DNA of 64,000 nt from Planctomycetota bacterium (GTDB taxonomy: Bacteria; Planctomycetota; UBA8742; UBA2392). Below the pieces are notes generated by a model. That model did no database searches and had not been told where the DNA came from. It worked only from the letters and a program-made list of their open reading frames with translations. Made by a program: the position numbers and the translations under genes. Positions 52,883 through 61,513 of this stretch are shown here, in pieces. The number at the start of each line of letters is the position of its first letter. Position 1 is the first letter of the stretch. Where the stretch lies: assembly GCA_020848275.1 (NCBI GenBank), contig JADLAK010000077.1:7606-71605 (forward strand), written 5' to 3'.

Positions 52883-54217
52883 TCAGTCGTTGGAAACGAG
52901 ACCTTTTTCGTTGAAGACGATGTCCGCGGCGTCATCTTCGCCCGCGGCGGCGCCGTCGCTGCCAAGGCATGACAACATGAAGCCGCTTTCGGTGGCTTCG
53001 TAGGTGAAGGGTTTGCCGGTGTAGGGGTCGGGCGGGACTTTGCTGCCGGTGAACTTGTCGCCAACTTCGTCGAGCGATTGCGGGTAGCGGCTGGTTTCCA
53101 GCCGGTGCATGCTCAGGGCCTTCTGGATATCGCCCATGCGCGTGAGCGCCAGCATCCACTTGGTGCGGTCGCCGGCGATGAGGATATTGCTGCCGTAATC
53201 GTAGATGCCAAATCCCGCGGCGATCACGCTGCGCAGGACGTGGCTGTCGTTTTCGCGGTCGCGGGCGACCACTTTGGCGACGCCGTCGCCGGGCAACACC
53301 GGGCTGTACCAGGTTTCGACGTTGCGTTCCGTGACGACGATGCAGGGCAAATCGAGCCCGGGCCTGACGGTGAAGGTTTCATGCCGGGGTTTGCAGTTTT
53401 TTTCGGGCGCGATGAAAACGGGCAGGTTAACGACGTCGGTCTTTTTGCCCGCGTTGCGAACCACGGAATCGGCGATGCAATCGGTGAAGACGACGCGCTC
53501 TTTTTCGCCGTTGGCAAGTTCATACTGCAGCCACTCGCCCTCGGTGCAATTGCGCAACGGAAGAAACGCGTCGTCGGCGACGGTGTAGGGTGCGAGATTG
53601 CCCTGCTTCTTGAGGAATTGGCGAATCGGCGTGTCGTCGGCCCAGCGCCACTTGGCCGCGATGCGGCCCGTGGGCGCCACGAGAAAAGCGCAGTTGGGCA
53701 GGTCAGACCAGAAGCGCTGGGCGGGTCCTTTGAAACCGTCGACCAGCACGCGCCAGTCTTTCTTGCCCGACGCCTTGATGCCCTGCGCCGCGGCCAGCGA
53801 GTCTGCGGCGCTTTTGTGCTGCTTGATCTTGACGGCGTTGTCCTTGAGGCGCCAACCGGAGACCTTGGTCTTTTCGGACTTCTCGGGGCCGTCGTCGGGA
53901 TGGGCCTCGATGGTGTAGACAAACAGGAACAGGACGTTCGCCGCGAATTCCTTGCGCAGGTTTTCCATCTCAGCGAAGTGCGAGCGGCATTCCGGCGAGC
54001 TGTGGCTGCCGAATTCGAGGAAGAGCCAGCGGCCCTGCTGCTCATGGAGAGCAAAGCGCACGCCCTCGGTGTCGGCGCACGTCAAGCGCGGGGCGATGTC
54101 GCCGACGGCGGGCGCCTCGAGGACGAATTCGGCGTCCTTGGGGTCTGTTTTCTCGGCGTAGGCGGGAACCAGCGACAGCACCGACAGGGCGACGCAGGCC
54201 GTGATCAGGTAGCGCAT
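52883..54217 (-). CDS. Exported fusion protein: deiodinase-like thioredoxin fold, unknown middle domain, and C-terminal GspG-like pseudopilin globular domain
   Basis: FLEFGSHSSPEC and VYTIEAHPDDG resemble deiodinase motifs. The C-terminus YPQSLDEVG...PPDPYTGKPFTYE...GFMLSCLGSDG...DIVFNEKGL matches the GspG paralogs at 61 kb. Confidence 0.7.
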   Translation of the reverse strand: MRYLITACVALSVLSLVPAYAEKTDPKDAEFVLEAPAVGDIAPRLTCADTEGVRFALHEQQGRWLFLEFGSHSSPECRSHFAEMENLRKEFAANVLFLFVYTIEAHPDDGPEKSEKTKVSGWRLKDNAVKIKQHKSAADSLAAAQGIKASGKKDWRVLVDGFKGPAQRFWSDLPNCAFLVAPTGRIAAKWRWADDTPIRQFLKKQGNLAPYTVADDAFLPLRNCTEGEWLQYELANGEKERVVFTDCIADSVVRNAGKKTDVVNLPVFIAPEKNCKPRHETFTVRPGLDLPCIVVTERNVETWYSPVLPGDGVAKVVARDRENDSHVLRSVIAAGFGIYDYGSNILIAGDRTKWMLALTRMGDIQKALSMHRLETSRYPQSLDEVGDKFTGSKVPPDPYTGKPFTYEATESGFMLSCLGSDGAAAGEDDAADIVFNEKGLVSND

Positions 54218-54317
54218 GGAAGCTCCGTGGAAGTCCGCCAGATTTTACCCGGCATCGCCGCCCGCGCTGCGGTAAAACACTCTTTGCGGCGGCCGGGACC
54301 GCGCCAAGGATGATGTC

Positions 54318-54830
54318 ATGGAACTGACGCTTCGTCGCCTGTCGGCTGACGCCCGGGCTGATTTCATGGCGTTGATGCAGCGCGGCTCCGAGGAATCGGC
54401 CGCTTGCCTGTGCACCGCCTATCACGGGGCGGCGCCTGAAGACGCCCCGGCCTGCCGCAACGCCTTGATGCAGGGACAACCGGACGGCTATTTGCTGTAT
54501 CGCGACGGCGCCGCCGCGGCGTGGTGCCAGTGCGGCCCCTGGGATTCCTTCAAGGTGTTTTCGCAGCGCAAGCGGCCGGGAAGCTGGGTGATCACCTGTA
54601 TGGTGGTCGCACCCCACGCACGCGGGCAGGGACTGGTGCATGCGATGCTGGCCAAGGTGTTTGATGACCTGAAGGCGCGCGGCATCAAGCACGTGCTGGC
54701 CTGTGCGCACCGGCTGGGTCCTGCGTACAGCAGCCCGCTGGCGGAATTGCCCGAGGCGGCCTGCATCAAGGCGGGAATGACCATCGAGCGCGATGACGCC
54801 GAATGTCCGCGCTACGAGATTAAACTGTAA
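54318..54830 (+). CDS. GNAT-family acetyltransferase-like protein
   Basis: ITCMVVAPHARGQGL motif A, with CLC and WCQCGP motifs. Confidence 0.75.
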   Translation: MELTLRRLSADARADFMALMQRGSEESAACLCTAYHGAAPEDAPACRNALMQGQPDGYLLYRDGAAAAWCQCGPWDSFKVFSQRKRPGSWVITCMVVAPHARGQGLVHAMLAKVFDDLKARGIKHVLACAHRLGPAYSSPLAELPEAACIKAGMTIERDDAECPRYEIKL

Positions 54831-55326
54831 CGTGGCGGGCAGGGACCTGGTTGGCGCGCAGGTCGTCGATGACCTGGTCGATGATCTCGGGCGTCAGGTT
54901 TTCGTAGTAGTCGTCGTTGACCTGCATGCAGGGGGCAGTGCCGCAGGCGCCGATACATTCGGCCTTCTTGAGCGTGAAAAGGCCGTCCTTGGTGGTCTCG
55001 TCTTTCTTGATGCCGAGTTTTTCACTGAGGTAATCGTAGAGGCGCTCGCTGCCGCGAAGCGCACAGGGCAGCGTCGAGCAAACCCAAAGCACGTGTTTGC
55101 CGTCGGTTTCTTTGCGGAAGGTCGTGTAGAAGGTGAAGACGCCCCAGACGTGTGCGGGCGGCATGCCCAGGCACTCGGCGACCAGCCCGCAGACCTCGGC
55201 GTCGACGAAACCGATTTCGCGTTCGGCCATGCGCAGCGAGGTCAGCAACGCGCCCGCAGGCTGCGGAAAGCGTTTGGCCAGCGTCTTGATGGCGTCGACG
55301 GTCTCGGGTTTGAGCGTCTTTGGCAT
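54820..55326 (-). CDS. nuoE: NADH-quinone oxidoreductase subunit E (2Fe-2S)
   Basis: VCSTLPCALRG, ECIGACGTAPCMQVNDDYYENLT and VFTFYTTF. Confidence 0.9.
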   Translation of the reverse strand: MPKTLKPETVDAIKTLAKRFPQPAGALLTSLRMAEREIGFVDAEVCGLVAECLGMPPAHVWGVFTFYTTFRKETDGKHVLWVCSTLPCALRGSERLYDYLSEKLGIKKDETTKDGLFTLKKAECIGACGTAPCMQVNDDYYENLTPEIIDQVIDDLRANQVPARHVTV

Positions 55327-55374
55327 GGCGTTCGTTTAGCAAAAAGGCGGGCAGGCTGGAAGCCTGCCTCGCGG

Positions 55375-55857
55375 CTACTTCTTTTTGCCGGCCTTGGGAG
55401 GGATGGTTTCGGTGCGGACGACCTGCTGGCGCATGGTGGCAACGCTGCGGATTTCGTCGCCGCCGTCGGTCGGCCGCAGGATCGTGGTGAGGTACATGGT
55501 TTCGCCCTCGACCACAAAGGTGACGGCGATGTGCATGCCCTGGTCGTTGACGCCGGCGACAGCGAGCACGCCGGGGTCGTCGGGGATTTCGTCGAGGTTC
55601 ACGGCGCCGTAGAGCGTCGCATAGGCGAGAATGCGCAACGTGCCGTCGGGACGCACGGCGAGCAGGCCGATGCCGCCGCTGAGGAAGGTGAAAGCGGTCG
55701 AGCTTGAGCTCTCGATGGTGATCTCGATGACTTCGCCGTCGAGGCGTTCTTGAAGTTCAGCGCGGACCAGGCCGGAGTCGGTGCCGGGTAGGTCACCGCT
55801 TCCCATCCATACGCCGAGCCATTTGGCGAACTTTCGAAGTTCTTTCCTTACCGCCAT
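55375..55857 (-). CDS. Hypothetical protein (beta-rich), paralog of upstream gene
   Basis: ELRKFAKWLGVWMG and EIPDDPGVLA, similar to 55793-56380. Start ATG 55857. Confidence 0.7.
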   Translation of the reverse strand: MAVRKELRKFAKWLGVWMGSGDLPGTDSGLVRAELQERLDGEVIEITIESSSSTAFTFLSGGIGLLAVRPDGTLRILAYATLYGAVNLDEIPDDPGVLAVAGVNDQGMHIAVTFVVEGETMYLTTILRPTDGGDEIRSVATMRQQVVRTETIPPKAGKKK

Positions 55858-56380
55858 TGCGTTTATCCTTCGCGCGTTGCGTGTCGTCGTCGTTTGGGTC
55901 GTCGTCCGTGTCTTCGTTTTCCACTTCGGGCGCTGGGTCGCTGGGCGCCCTGAGGCGCTCAAGCGTCATGCTGCTGCGGGCCAGCACTTCGCCGCCGGCT
56001 TTGCGCACCACGGTCGTTACCAGCATCTGTTCGCCGTCGAGCACCATCGTGACTGACATTCCGGTCCCCGACGCATCAATCCCCTCCAGCGCCAGCACCC
56101 CAGGGTCGTCCGGCATCTCGCGCAACACCATCGCGCCGTAGGTCGTTGAATACGCCACCAGTTGCAGGCCGCCATCGGGCGCTACGCAAAGCAGCGAGAT
56201 GCCGCCGTTGAGCAAGCCCGGCGCGTCATCAAGGACATTTTCGGCCACGATCTCGATGCAATCGCCGCCCAACCGCTCGCGAATTTGCGTGCGGACATGG
56301 CCGCGCTTTGAAAGCGCGAGGTCGCCAAAGCCCTGCCAGGTGCCGAGCCAATTTGAGAATCGTCTTAGTTCAGGTCGCAT
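55793..56380 (-). CDS. Hypothetical protein (beta-rich), paralog of downstream gene
   Basis: ELRRFSNWLGTWQG and EMPDDPGVLA. Its tail overlaps the next start by 65 bp. Confidence 0.7.
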   Translation of the reverse strand: MRPELRRFSNWLGTWQGFGDLALSKRGHVRTQIRERLGGDCIEIVAENVLDDAPGLLNGGISLLCVAPDGGLQLVAYSTTYGAMVLREMPDDPGVLALEGIDASGTGMSVTMVLDGEQMLVTTVVRKAGGEVLARSSMTLERLRAPSDPAPEVENEDTDDDPNDDDTQRAKDKRNGGKERTSKVRQMARRMDGKR

Positions 56381-56497
56381 CGCAAGCAGCCATCATGGTT
56401 GCTTCATTGTCCGGGTCAAGGGATCCGCTGGTTAATTTTTACCTAACTGTTTGTTTAGCTAGGACTTGTGGACACGGCAAGTTGTGTCACGTTTGTC

Positions 56498-57076
56498 TTA
56501 TTTGATCTTCGCGGACTTTCGCTTTGTCGGCGGCTTGTGTTCGCCCTTTTCTATCAGCGCGATGCGGTCCTGCGCGGCGCCGGTTTCTGACAGTTCGACG
56601 ACGACCTTCTGGTCGCGCGAGGTCTTGACCGTGAAACCCGCGTAGTCGGCCTGGATCGGGAATTCGCGGTGTCCGCGGTCGACAAGCACACAGAGTTCCA
56701 CGCGCCGCGGGCGGCCGAACTCAATCAACTCGTCGAGCGCCGCGCGCACCGTGCGCCCGGTGAACAACACGTCGTCGACCAGCACGATGCGCCGGGCGGC
56801 GACGTCAAAGGGCACTTCGCTGCCGCGCACCAGCGGCAGGTTGCGGCCGGCGAGGTCATCGCGATAAAGCGTGATGTCAAGAGTGCCGAGGTCCGGCTGC
56901 TTGCCGGTCAACGCCTTGATTTCGGCGCGCAGGCGCGTGGCCAGCGGCACGCCGTTGGTGTGGACGCCGACCAGCGCGGGAGTCTCGGTGTCGGCTTCGA
57001 GAATGCTGCGCGCCAGCGTCTTGAGCGCCTGGCTGATCGCTGCAGCGTTGAAAAGTGTTTGGGTTGGCGCGTGCAT
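56498..57076 (-). CDS. pyrR: Bifunctional pyr regulator/uracil phosphoribosyltransferase PyrR
   Basis: LDITLYRDDL, IVLVDDVLFTGRTVRAALDEL and LVDRGHREFPIQADY. Confidence 0.95.
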   Translation of the reverse strand: MHAPTQTLFNAAAISQALKTLARSILEADTETPALVGVHTNGVPLATRLRAEIKALTGKQPDLGTLDITLYRDDLAGRNLPLVRGSEVPFDVAARRIVLVDDVLFTGRTVRAALDELIEFGRPRRVELCVLVDRGHREFPIQADYAGFTVKTSRDQKVVVELSETGAAQDRIALIEKGEHKPPTKRKSAKIK

Positions 57077-57151
57077 GGTGCGAGTGTCTATTGGCGCCAA
57101 CGCGCATGCAACAAAACTCGGGGATTGGCGAGTTCTGCACATCCTGCGTCG

Positions 57152-57208
57152 AGTTCAAAATTCAAAGTTGTGAGGCCAGATTTGAACTTTGAACTGATAA
57201 CTTTGAAC
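57152..57208. repeat. Hairpin repeat with TTCAAA/TTTGAAC units
   Basis: agttcaaaattcaaagtt ... tttgaactttgaactgataactttgaac. Confidence 0.55.
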
Positions 57209-57264
57209 GGAACCTCCCCTTGCGGCTGCCCGCCGTTGCCGCTATCTTTCTCGCCCCGCGTGAA

Positions 57265-57328
57265 GGGGACTGTCCTAGAGGACTGTCCCCGGTCGCGGGT
57301 CGGGACAGTCCCCTGCGGGGACAGTCCC
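57265..57328. repeat. GGGACTGTCC/GGGACAGTCCC REP-like element (two units per arm)
   Basis: ggggactgtcc..ggactgtcccc ... gggacagtccc..ggggacagtccc. Confidence 0.65.
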
Positions 57329-57427
57329 TCGAGTGCCCGCCTTGAAGGCGGCTCGCGTCTTGCCGGATGACGCGACATCGCAGACGTGCGTACGGTCTGC
57401 GATGGCCAGACGGTAATAGAGGAAGTC

Positions 57428-58054
57428 ATGGGACGTTATACAGGACCGAAGCACCGCGTCAGCCGACGCTTCGCCGAGAACCTCGGCGGTTACAAGAAGA
57501 CGCCGCTTGCCGCCAAGCCCTACAAACCCGGCCAGCACGGCCCCGACGGCAAGCGCAAGAAGACCAGCACTTACGGCGAAGGCTTGATCGAGAAGCAGAA
57601 GCTGAAGGCCTACTACCAACTGCGCGACCGCAGCTTCCGCCGCTTGTTCGAGGAAGCGCTGCGCATGCCCGGCAACACCGGCGACAACCTGATGCAGATG
57701 CTGGAGCGCCGCCTCGACAACGTCGTTTATCGCCTGGGCTTTGCGCCCACGCCGCGCGCCGCACGCCAGTTGGTGGCCCACGGGCATATCCGCATCAAGA
57801 GCACGGGTTCCGAGAAGGCTCGCAAGGTCGACCGCGCGAGCTATCTGGTTGAGCTTGGCGACCTGATCACGGTCAAGGACAAGAGCAAGGAACACCTGCA
57901 GATCAAGGAATCGGTGGCGGCCAAGCCGCAGGTCGTCAGTTACCTGCGCGCGGATCACGACAAGCTCGAGGGCGAGCTGATCCAGATCCCCAACCGCGCC
58001 GACATCCCGATGGTCGTGAACGAACGCGCAGTCGTCGAGTTCCTCGGCCGCTAG
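57428..58054 (+). CDS. rpsD: 30S ribosomal protein S4
   Basis: MGRYTGPK, PGQHG, LIEKQKLKAYY, LERRLDNVVYRLGFA and ARQLVAHGHI. Confidence 0.97.
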   Translation: MGRYTGPKHRVSRRFAENLGGYKKTPLAAKPYKPGQHGPDGKRKKTSTYGEGLIEKQKLKAYYQLRDRSFRRLFEEALRMPGNTGDNLMQMLERRLDNVVYRLGFAPTPRAARQLVAHGHIRIKSTGSEKARKVDRASYLVELGDLITVKDKSKEHLQIKESVAAKPQVVSYLRADHDKLEGELIQIPNRADIPMVVNERAVVEFLGR

Positions 58055-58263
58055 TGAAATCCAATTCAAGCCTGGAGCGCGCAAGCGTTCCGGGCTTGGT
58101 TGTTTAAGTGGCATGGCCATCTTGGCCACTGCCCACAGTTGTTTTGAAAAGCGGGTCTTGGGCGAGACGCCCGCGCAACTTTCCACTTTTGGATTGATGT
58201 CGCTTTGCATCGCGCTTGAACGTCTTGAACGGGGTATAATCCGCGCAACCAGCCGGCGCATAA

Positions 58264-58818
58264 ATGGACCTCAGTCGAGAGACCGATCAGGATCTCGTCG
58301 CCCGCGTGCTCAAGGGCGACCAGGTCGCATTTGAGGCCATCGTCGAACGTTTCCGCAACCAGGTTTACGGCCTTGCGCTGCGCAAGGTCTCCGACGTCGC
58401 CGTCGCCCAGGACATCACGCAGGACACGTTTGTCATCGGTTACGAAAACATCTCGCGCCTCAAGGCCCACGACCGCCTGAAATCGTGGCTGATGGGCATT
58501 GCCGCCAACCTGATCCGTGATTACTACAAGCGGCGCAAAGTCGCGGGCCTGTCCGAAGAAATGGACGTCCCGGCGCTGCCCTCAGACCCGCTGGATGGGC
58601 TCGAACAACGCGAACTCCACGAGCTTTTGCACAAGGCGCTGGCGCAGTTGTCGGAGCGCTACCGGGCGGTTTTGATCAAACGTTACCTTGAAGGTCTAGA
58701 TTATCCGCAAATCGCGGAAGAACTTGGCCTAAGTGTTGGCGCTGTCGAGGTTTGCATGCACCGCGCGCGCAAGAATCTCGCTGCCGCCCTCAAGGACTAT
58801 ACGCCGGAGCTTGAATAG
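58264..58818 (+). CDS. ECF (sigma-70 group 4) RNA polymerase sigma factor
   Basis: AQDITQDTF, FKSWL-like region 2 (LKSWLMGIAANL) and region 4 YPQIAEELGLSVGAVEVCMHRAR. Confidence 0.92.
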   Translation: MDLSRETDQDLVARVLKGDQVAFEAIVERFRNQVYGLALRKVSDVAVAQDITQDTFVIGYENISRLKAHDRLKSWLMGIAANLIRDYYKRRKVAGLSEEMDVPALPSDPLDGLEQRELHELLHKALAQLSERYRAVLIKRYLEGLDYPQIAEELGLSVGAVEVCMHRARKNLAAALKDYTPELE

Positions 58819-58879
58819 GTGGGTTTAGGCGTAAGGGATACACGCCGCCATCCACATATTGGTGCACGAAGGCAAAGAA

Positions 58880-60784
58880 ATGAACCGCGAACGCATAGAA
58901 CTTCTGATGAACCGCTCCCTCGACGGCGCCGCCAGCCGCGAGGAGAAGGAAGAGCTTGCCCGCGCGCTCAAGGCCGACCCGGTGATCAAGACCGAGTTTG
59001 ATGAACTCGCCGGCGTCCACAACTCACTCAATTCACTGTTCACCAAGCTCGCGCTGCCCAAAGACTTCAACAAGCGCGTGATGAGGCGCGTGCAGCCGCA
59101 GGACATCCCGTCTGACATGAACATGCAGGCGGTGCAGGCGGTCTCGGAAACGGCGCCGCTGATTCAACTGCCCCTGCGCCGCAGCAGCCGCATGCAGGCT
59201 GCGGGTACTCCCGCCGGCCGCAAGTCAGGCCGGCTGATTCCCATGTTTGTCTCTATCGGCGCGGTTTCGGCCGCCGCCGCGTTGTTGATCGTTATTGGCA
59301 TGGTTACCGGCATCATCGGGACGGCCAACACCCCGAAGACCGGACCGGCCTCCGATTATCAGGCAGAGCGTAGCGGGGGTGTTCCCCGCGTCCCCGGGCA
59401 TCACCGCACCGACCCGGGGGTCGCCAAGCCTGAACGGGAAGCTTCGGACGGCAATAAATCGCCCTCCGAAGCTTCCCCTGGCATTACAAAACCCGAACCC
59501 GCGCCGGTAAAGCGCGACGGCCCGGTGAACGCGCAGGACGGCGCGAAGCCGGAAGTTCGCAATCCTGAGCCGAAGGTTGGCCCGGAAAACCCGCAGCCGG
59601 AAGAGCCCGTTGTCCCGGAAAGCCCGCTGCCGGAAGAACCGGTTACGCCTGAGCCCAAGGGTGAAGTGGTCGAGAAGCCCGTGACGCCGGCCGAAGGCCC
59701 GACCTCGACGCAGGGTCGCAGGGTGATCGGCACCATGGCGGTGATCACGGGCAAGGCGCATTACCAGGCCGAAGACGGCAAATGGGCGGAGTTCGCGCAT
59801 GGCGCTGACGTGCGTGAGGGCGCCAATGTGCGCACCAGCCAGGGCGGCATCGCGATTCTGCGCCTGCCTTACGGCGCGGTGGTCATGGGCAATGATTCCA
59901 ACGTGCAGTTGATGGAAGAAGCGCATCGCCTGACCCTGGTCAAGGGCGAAGTTACCCTTGAACGCGGCCGCCTCGACGCCGGTGAAGACGGCGCGAATGA
60001 CGGCGCGCTGGAAGCTATTTTTGACGGTTCGACTTTGCGCCTCGAACAGGGCACAACCCTGATTGAGCGGCGCAACAACAAGAAGGTCGAAATTCACCAG
60101 ATTATTGGGGGCTGCGCCGTGCTGCGTGGCGCAGATGTGATGGCCGTTTCCAACGGCCAGATGGTGGCGGTCAACGCCGGCAGTGCATTCGAAAAGCCGG
60201 TGTCCCGCGCATACCTGCTTGAGGGTTGGGCGGGCAAGGCGCGTGCTGAGATGGTGATGTCGGCCATCAGCGAAGGCCTGGCGTCGCGTAACGCCAAGTC
60301 TTCGGAGGCGACATCTCTTCGCGGCGCGCTTGAGCGGGTGTTGCGCCTGGAGCTGTCGAGTGACCTGACGTCGCTGTTCCTGGGCTCGGTTCTTTCGAAG
60401 GAAATGCTGGTCAAGGAACTTCCCGCGCCGAGCTTCAAGGTCAGCGACATGCTGGCGATGCTGGGCACGGTGGATTCCGCACTGGCCGAGCAGAAGGCCC
60501 GTCCGAAAGAGGACATGAGCTACGACGTGCTGATGGAATTTGCCGTCGCGGCTCTCGATAGTTCCGACACGGTTGCGCAGTGGCAGGCCGCCTTCAAGCG
60601 CCTCTGCAGCGGCTCCCCTGAAGAAATCCACAGGAACACGGGCAGCAAGAAGAGCCCGTTCCCGACCCGCCCGCTTCCCAACAGCACTGGTTGCGGCAAG
60701 TGTCCCTGCGGCGGCGGCCCCAAGGCTGAGCGCGCGACCAGCAAGCCCAAGGGCAAAGAAAGCAAAGACGGCAAGAACGATTAA
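58880..60784 (+). CDS. Putative anti-sigma factor with TM helix, Pro-rich linker and FecR-like domain
   Basis: Directly follows the sigma gene. N-terminal LMNRSLDG...EE, a TM segment, FecR-like VREGANVRTSQGGIAILRL, and C-terminal CGKCPC. Confidence 0.7.
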   Translation: MNRERIELLMNRSLDGAASREEKEELARALKADPVIKTEFDELAGVHNSLNSLFTKLALPKDFNKRVMRRVQPQDIPSDMNMQAVQAVSETAPLIQLPLRRSSRMQAAGTPAGRKSGRLIPMFVSIGAVSAAAALLIVIGMVTGIIGTANTPKTGPASDYQAERSGGVPRVPGHHRTDPGVAKPEREASDGNKSPSEASPGITKPEPAPVKRDGPVNAQDGAKPEVRNPEPKVGPENPQPEEPVVPESPLPEEPVTPEPKGEVVEKPVTPAEGPTSTQGRRVIGTMAVITGKAHYQAEDGKWAEFAHGADVREGANVRTSQGGIAILRLPYGAVVMGNDSNVQLMEEAHRLTLVKGEVTLERGRLDAGEDGANDGALEAIFDGSTLRLEQGTTLIERRNNKKVEIHQIIGGCAVLRGADVMAVSNGQMVAVNAGSAFEKPVSRAYLLEGWAGKARAEMVMSAISEGLASRNAKSSEATSLRGALERVLRLELSSDLTSLFLGSVLSKEMLVKELPAPSFKVSDMLAMLGTVDSALAEQKARPKEDMSYDVLMEFAVAALDSSDTVAQWQAAFKRLCSGSPEEIHRNTGSKKSPFPTRPLPNSTGCGKCPCGGGPKAERATSKPKGKESKDGKND

Positions 60785-60808
60785 CGCGCCTGCGCGTACA
60801 AGGTCTTT

Positions 60809-60840
60809 GGGGGCGGTGGCCGAAAGGCCCCGCCCTCTTC
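60809..60840 (+). terminator. Probable terminator hairpin
   Basis: GGGCGG-(T)GGCC-GAAA-GGCC-CCGCCC followed by TCTTC. Confidence 0.55.
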
Positions 60841-60864
60841 GATTTAACGTTGCCGGAACGGCTC

Positions 60865-60920
60865 TTAGCGACGAGTGAACACGAATCCGGACAAGCGCAC
60901 TCGTGCGAATTCGTGGCTCA
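60865..60920. repeat. CACGAAT/ATTCGTG palindrome, degenerate copy D
   Basis: ttagcgacgagtgaacacgaat ... actcgtgcgaattcgtggctca. Confidence 0.7.
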
Positions 60921-61049
60921 AATACGGTTGGTTTCTTTGCGACCTTCGCGCCCTCGCGTCAGACGCTTTGCTATTTTCTTTTTGCCGGTCATTGAAGTTG
61001 CGCGTTACAAGCCGCGAAGATCCCCAATTCCCAGGCGAGGAGCGCGGCC

Positions 61050-61445
61050 ATGCGCAAAAATCGCGGTTTTACGCTGATTGAACTGATGGTGGTCGTCGTG
61101 ATCCTCGGCATCATCGGTTCTATGTCGTTTGTGTTTGTGTTGCCGCATATCGGCACATCGACCTGGACGCGAGCCAAGGTCGAGATGGGCGAGATCGTCA
61201 AGGCGCTCAACCACTACGCCATGGGCCACAGCGGTGAATATCCCGCCGGCCTTGTGGACATCGGCGGCCAGTTCAACGGCAACGCGCCGCAAGACCCGTT
61301 CTCCAAGGCCGATTACCAATATGAACCATCAGGCAGCACCTTCCGCCTGACCTGCCTGGGCAAGGACCAGGCCCCCGGTGGAACCAAAGACGAGGACAAG
61401 GACATCGTCTTTACCGAGCGTGGGCTGGAATCGCCGGTGCCTTAA
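61050..61445 (+). CDS. gspG: Type II secretion major pseudopilin GspG-like, copy 1
   Basis: Prepilin motif RG/FTLIELMVVVVILGII, plus DPF and LTCLGKDQAPGG. Confidence 0.8.
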   Translation: MRKNRGFTLIELMVVVVILGIIGSMSFVFVLPHIGTSTWTRAKVEMGEIVKALNHYAMGHSGEYPAGLVDIGGQFNGNAPQDPFSKADYQYEPSGSTFRLTCLGKDQAPGGTKDEDKDIVFTERGLESPVP

Positions 61446-61513
61446 CCCGGTGATTTCTCCGTCCAAATGGCGCTGCCGTGCGTATCATGGTTAGCCTTCT
61501 GCCGGAGTAACCC

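Noticed and set aside
53990-54010. Possible Sec codon in the deiodinase-like motif
   Set aside because: The codon at the equivalent position is TCG (Ser) and the ORF is uninterrupted.
23861-60920. CACGAAT repeats or the 375-bp repeats as a CRISPR array
   Set aside because: There is no repeat-spacer periodicity with unique spacers and no cas genes. The 375-bp units are coding.
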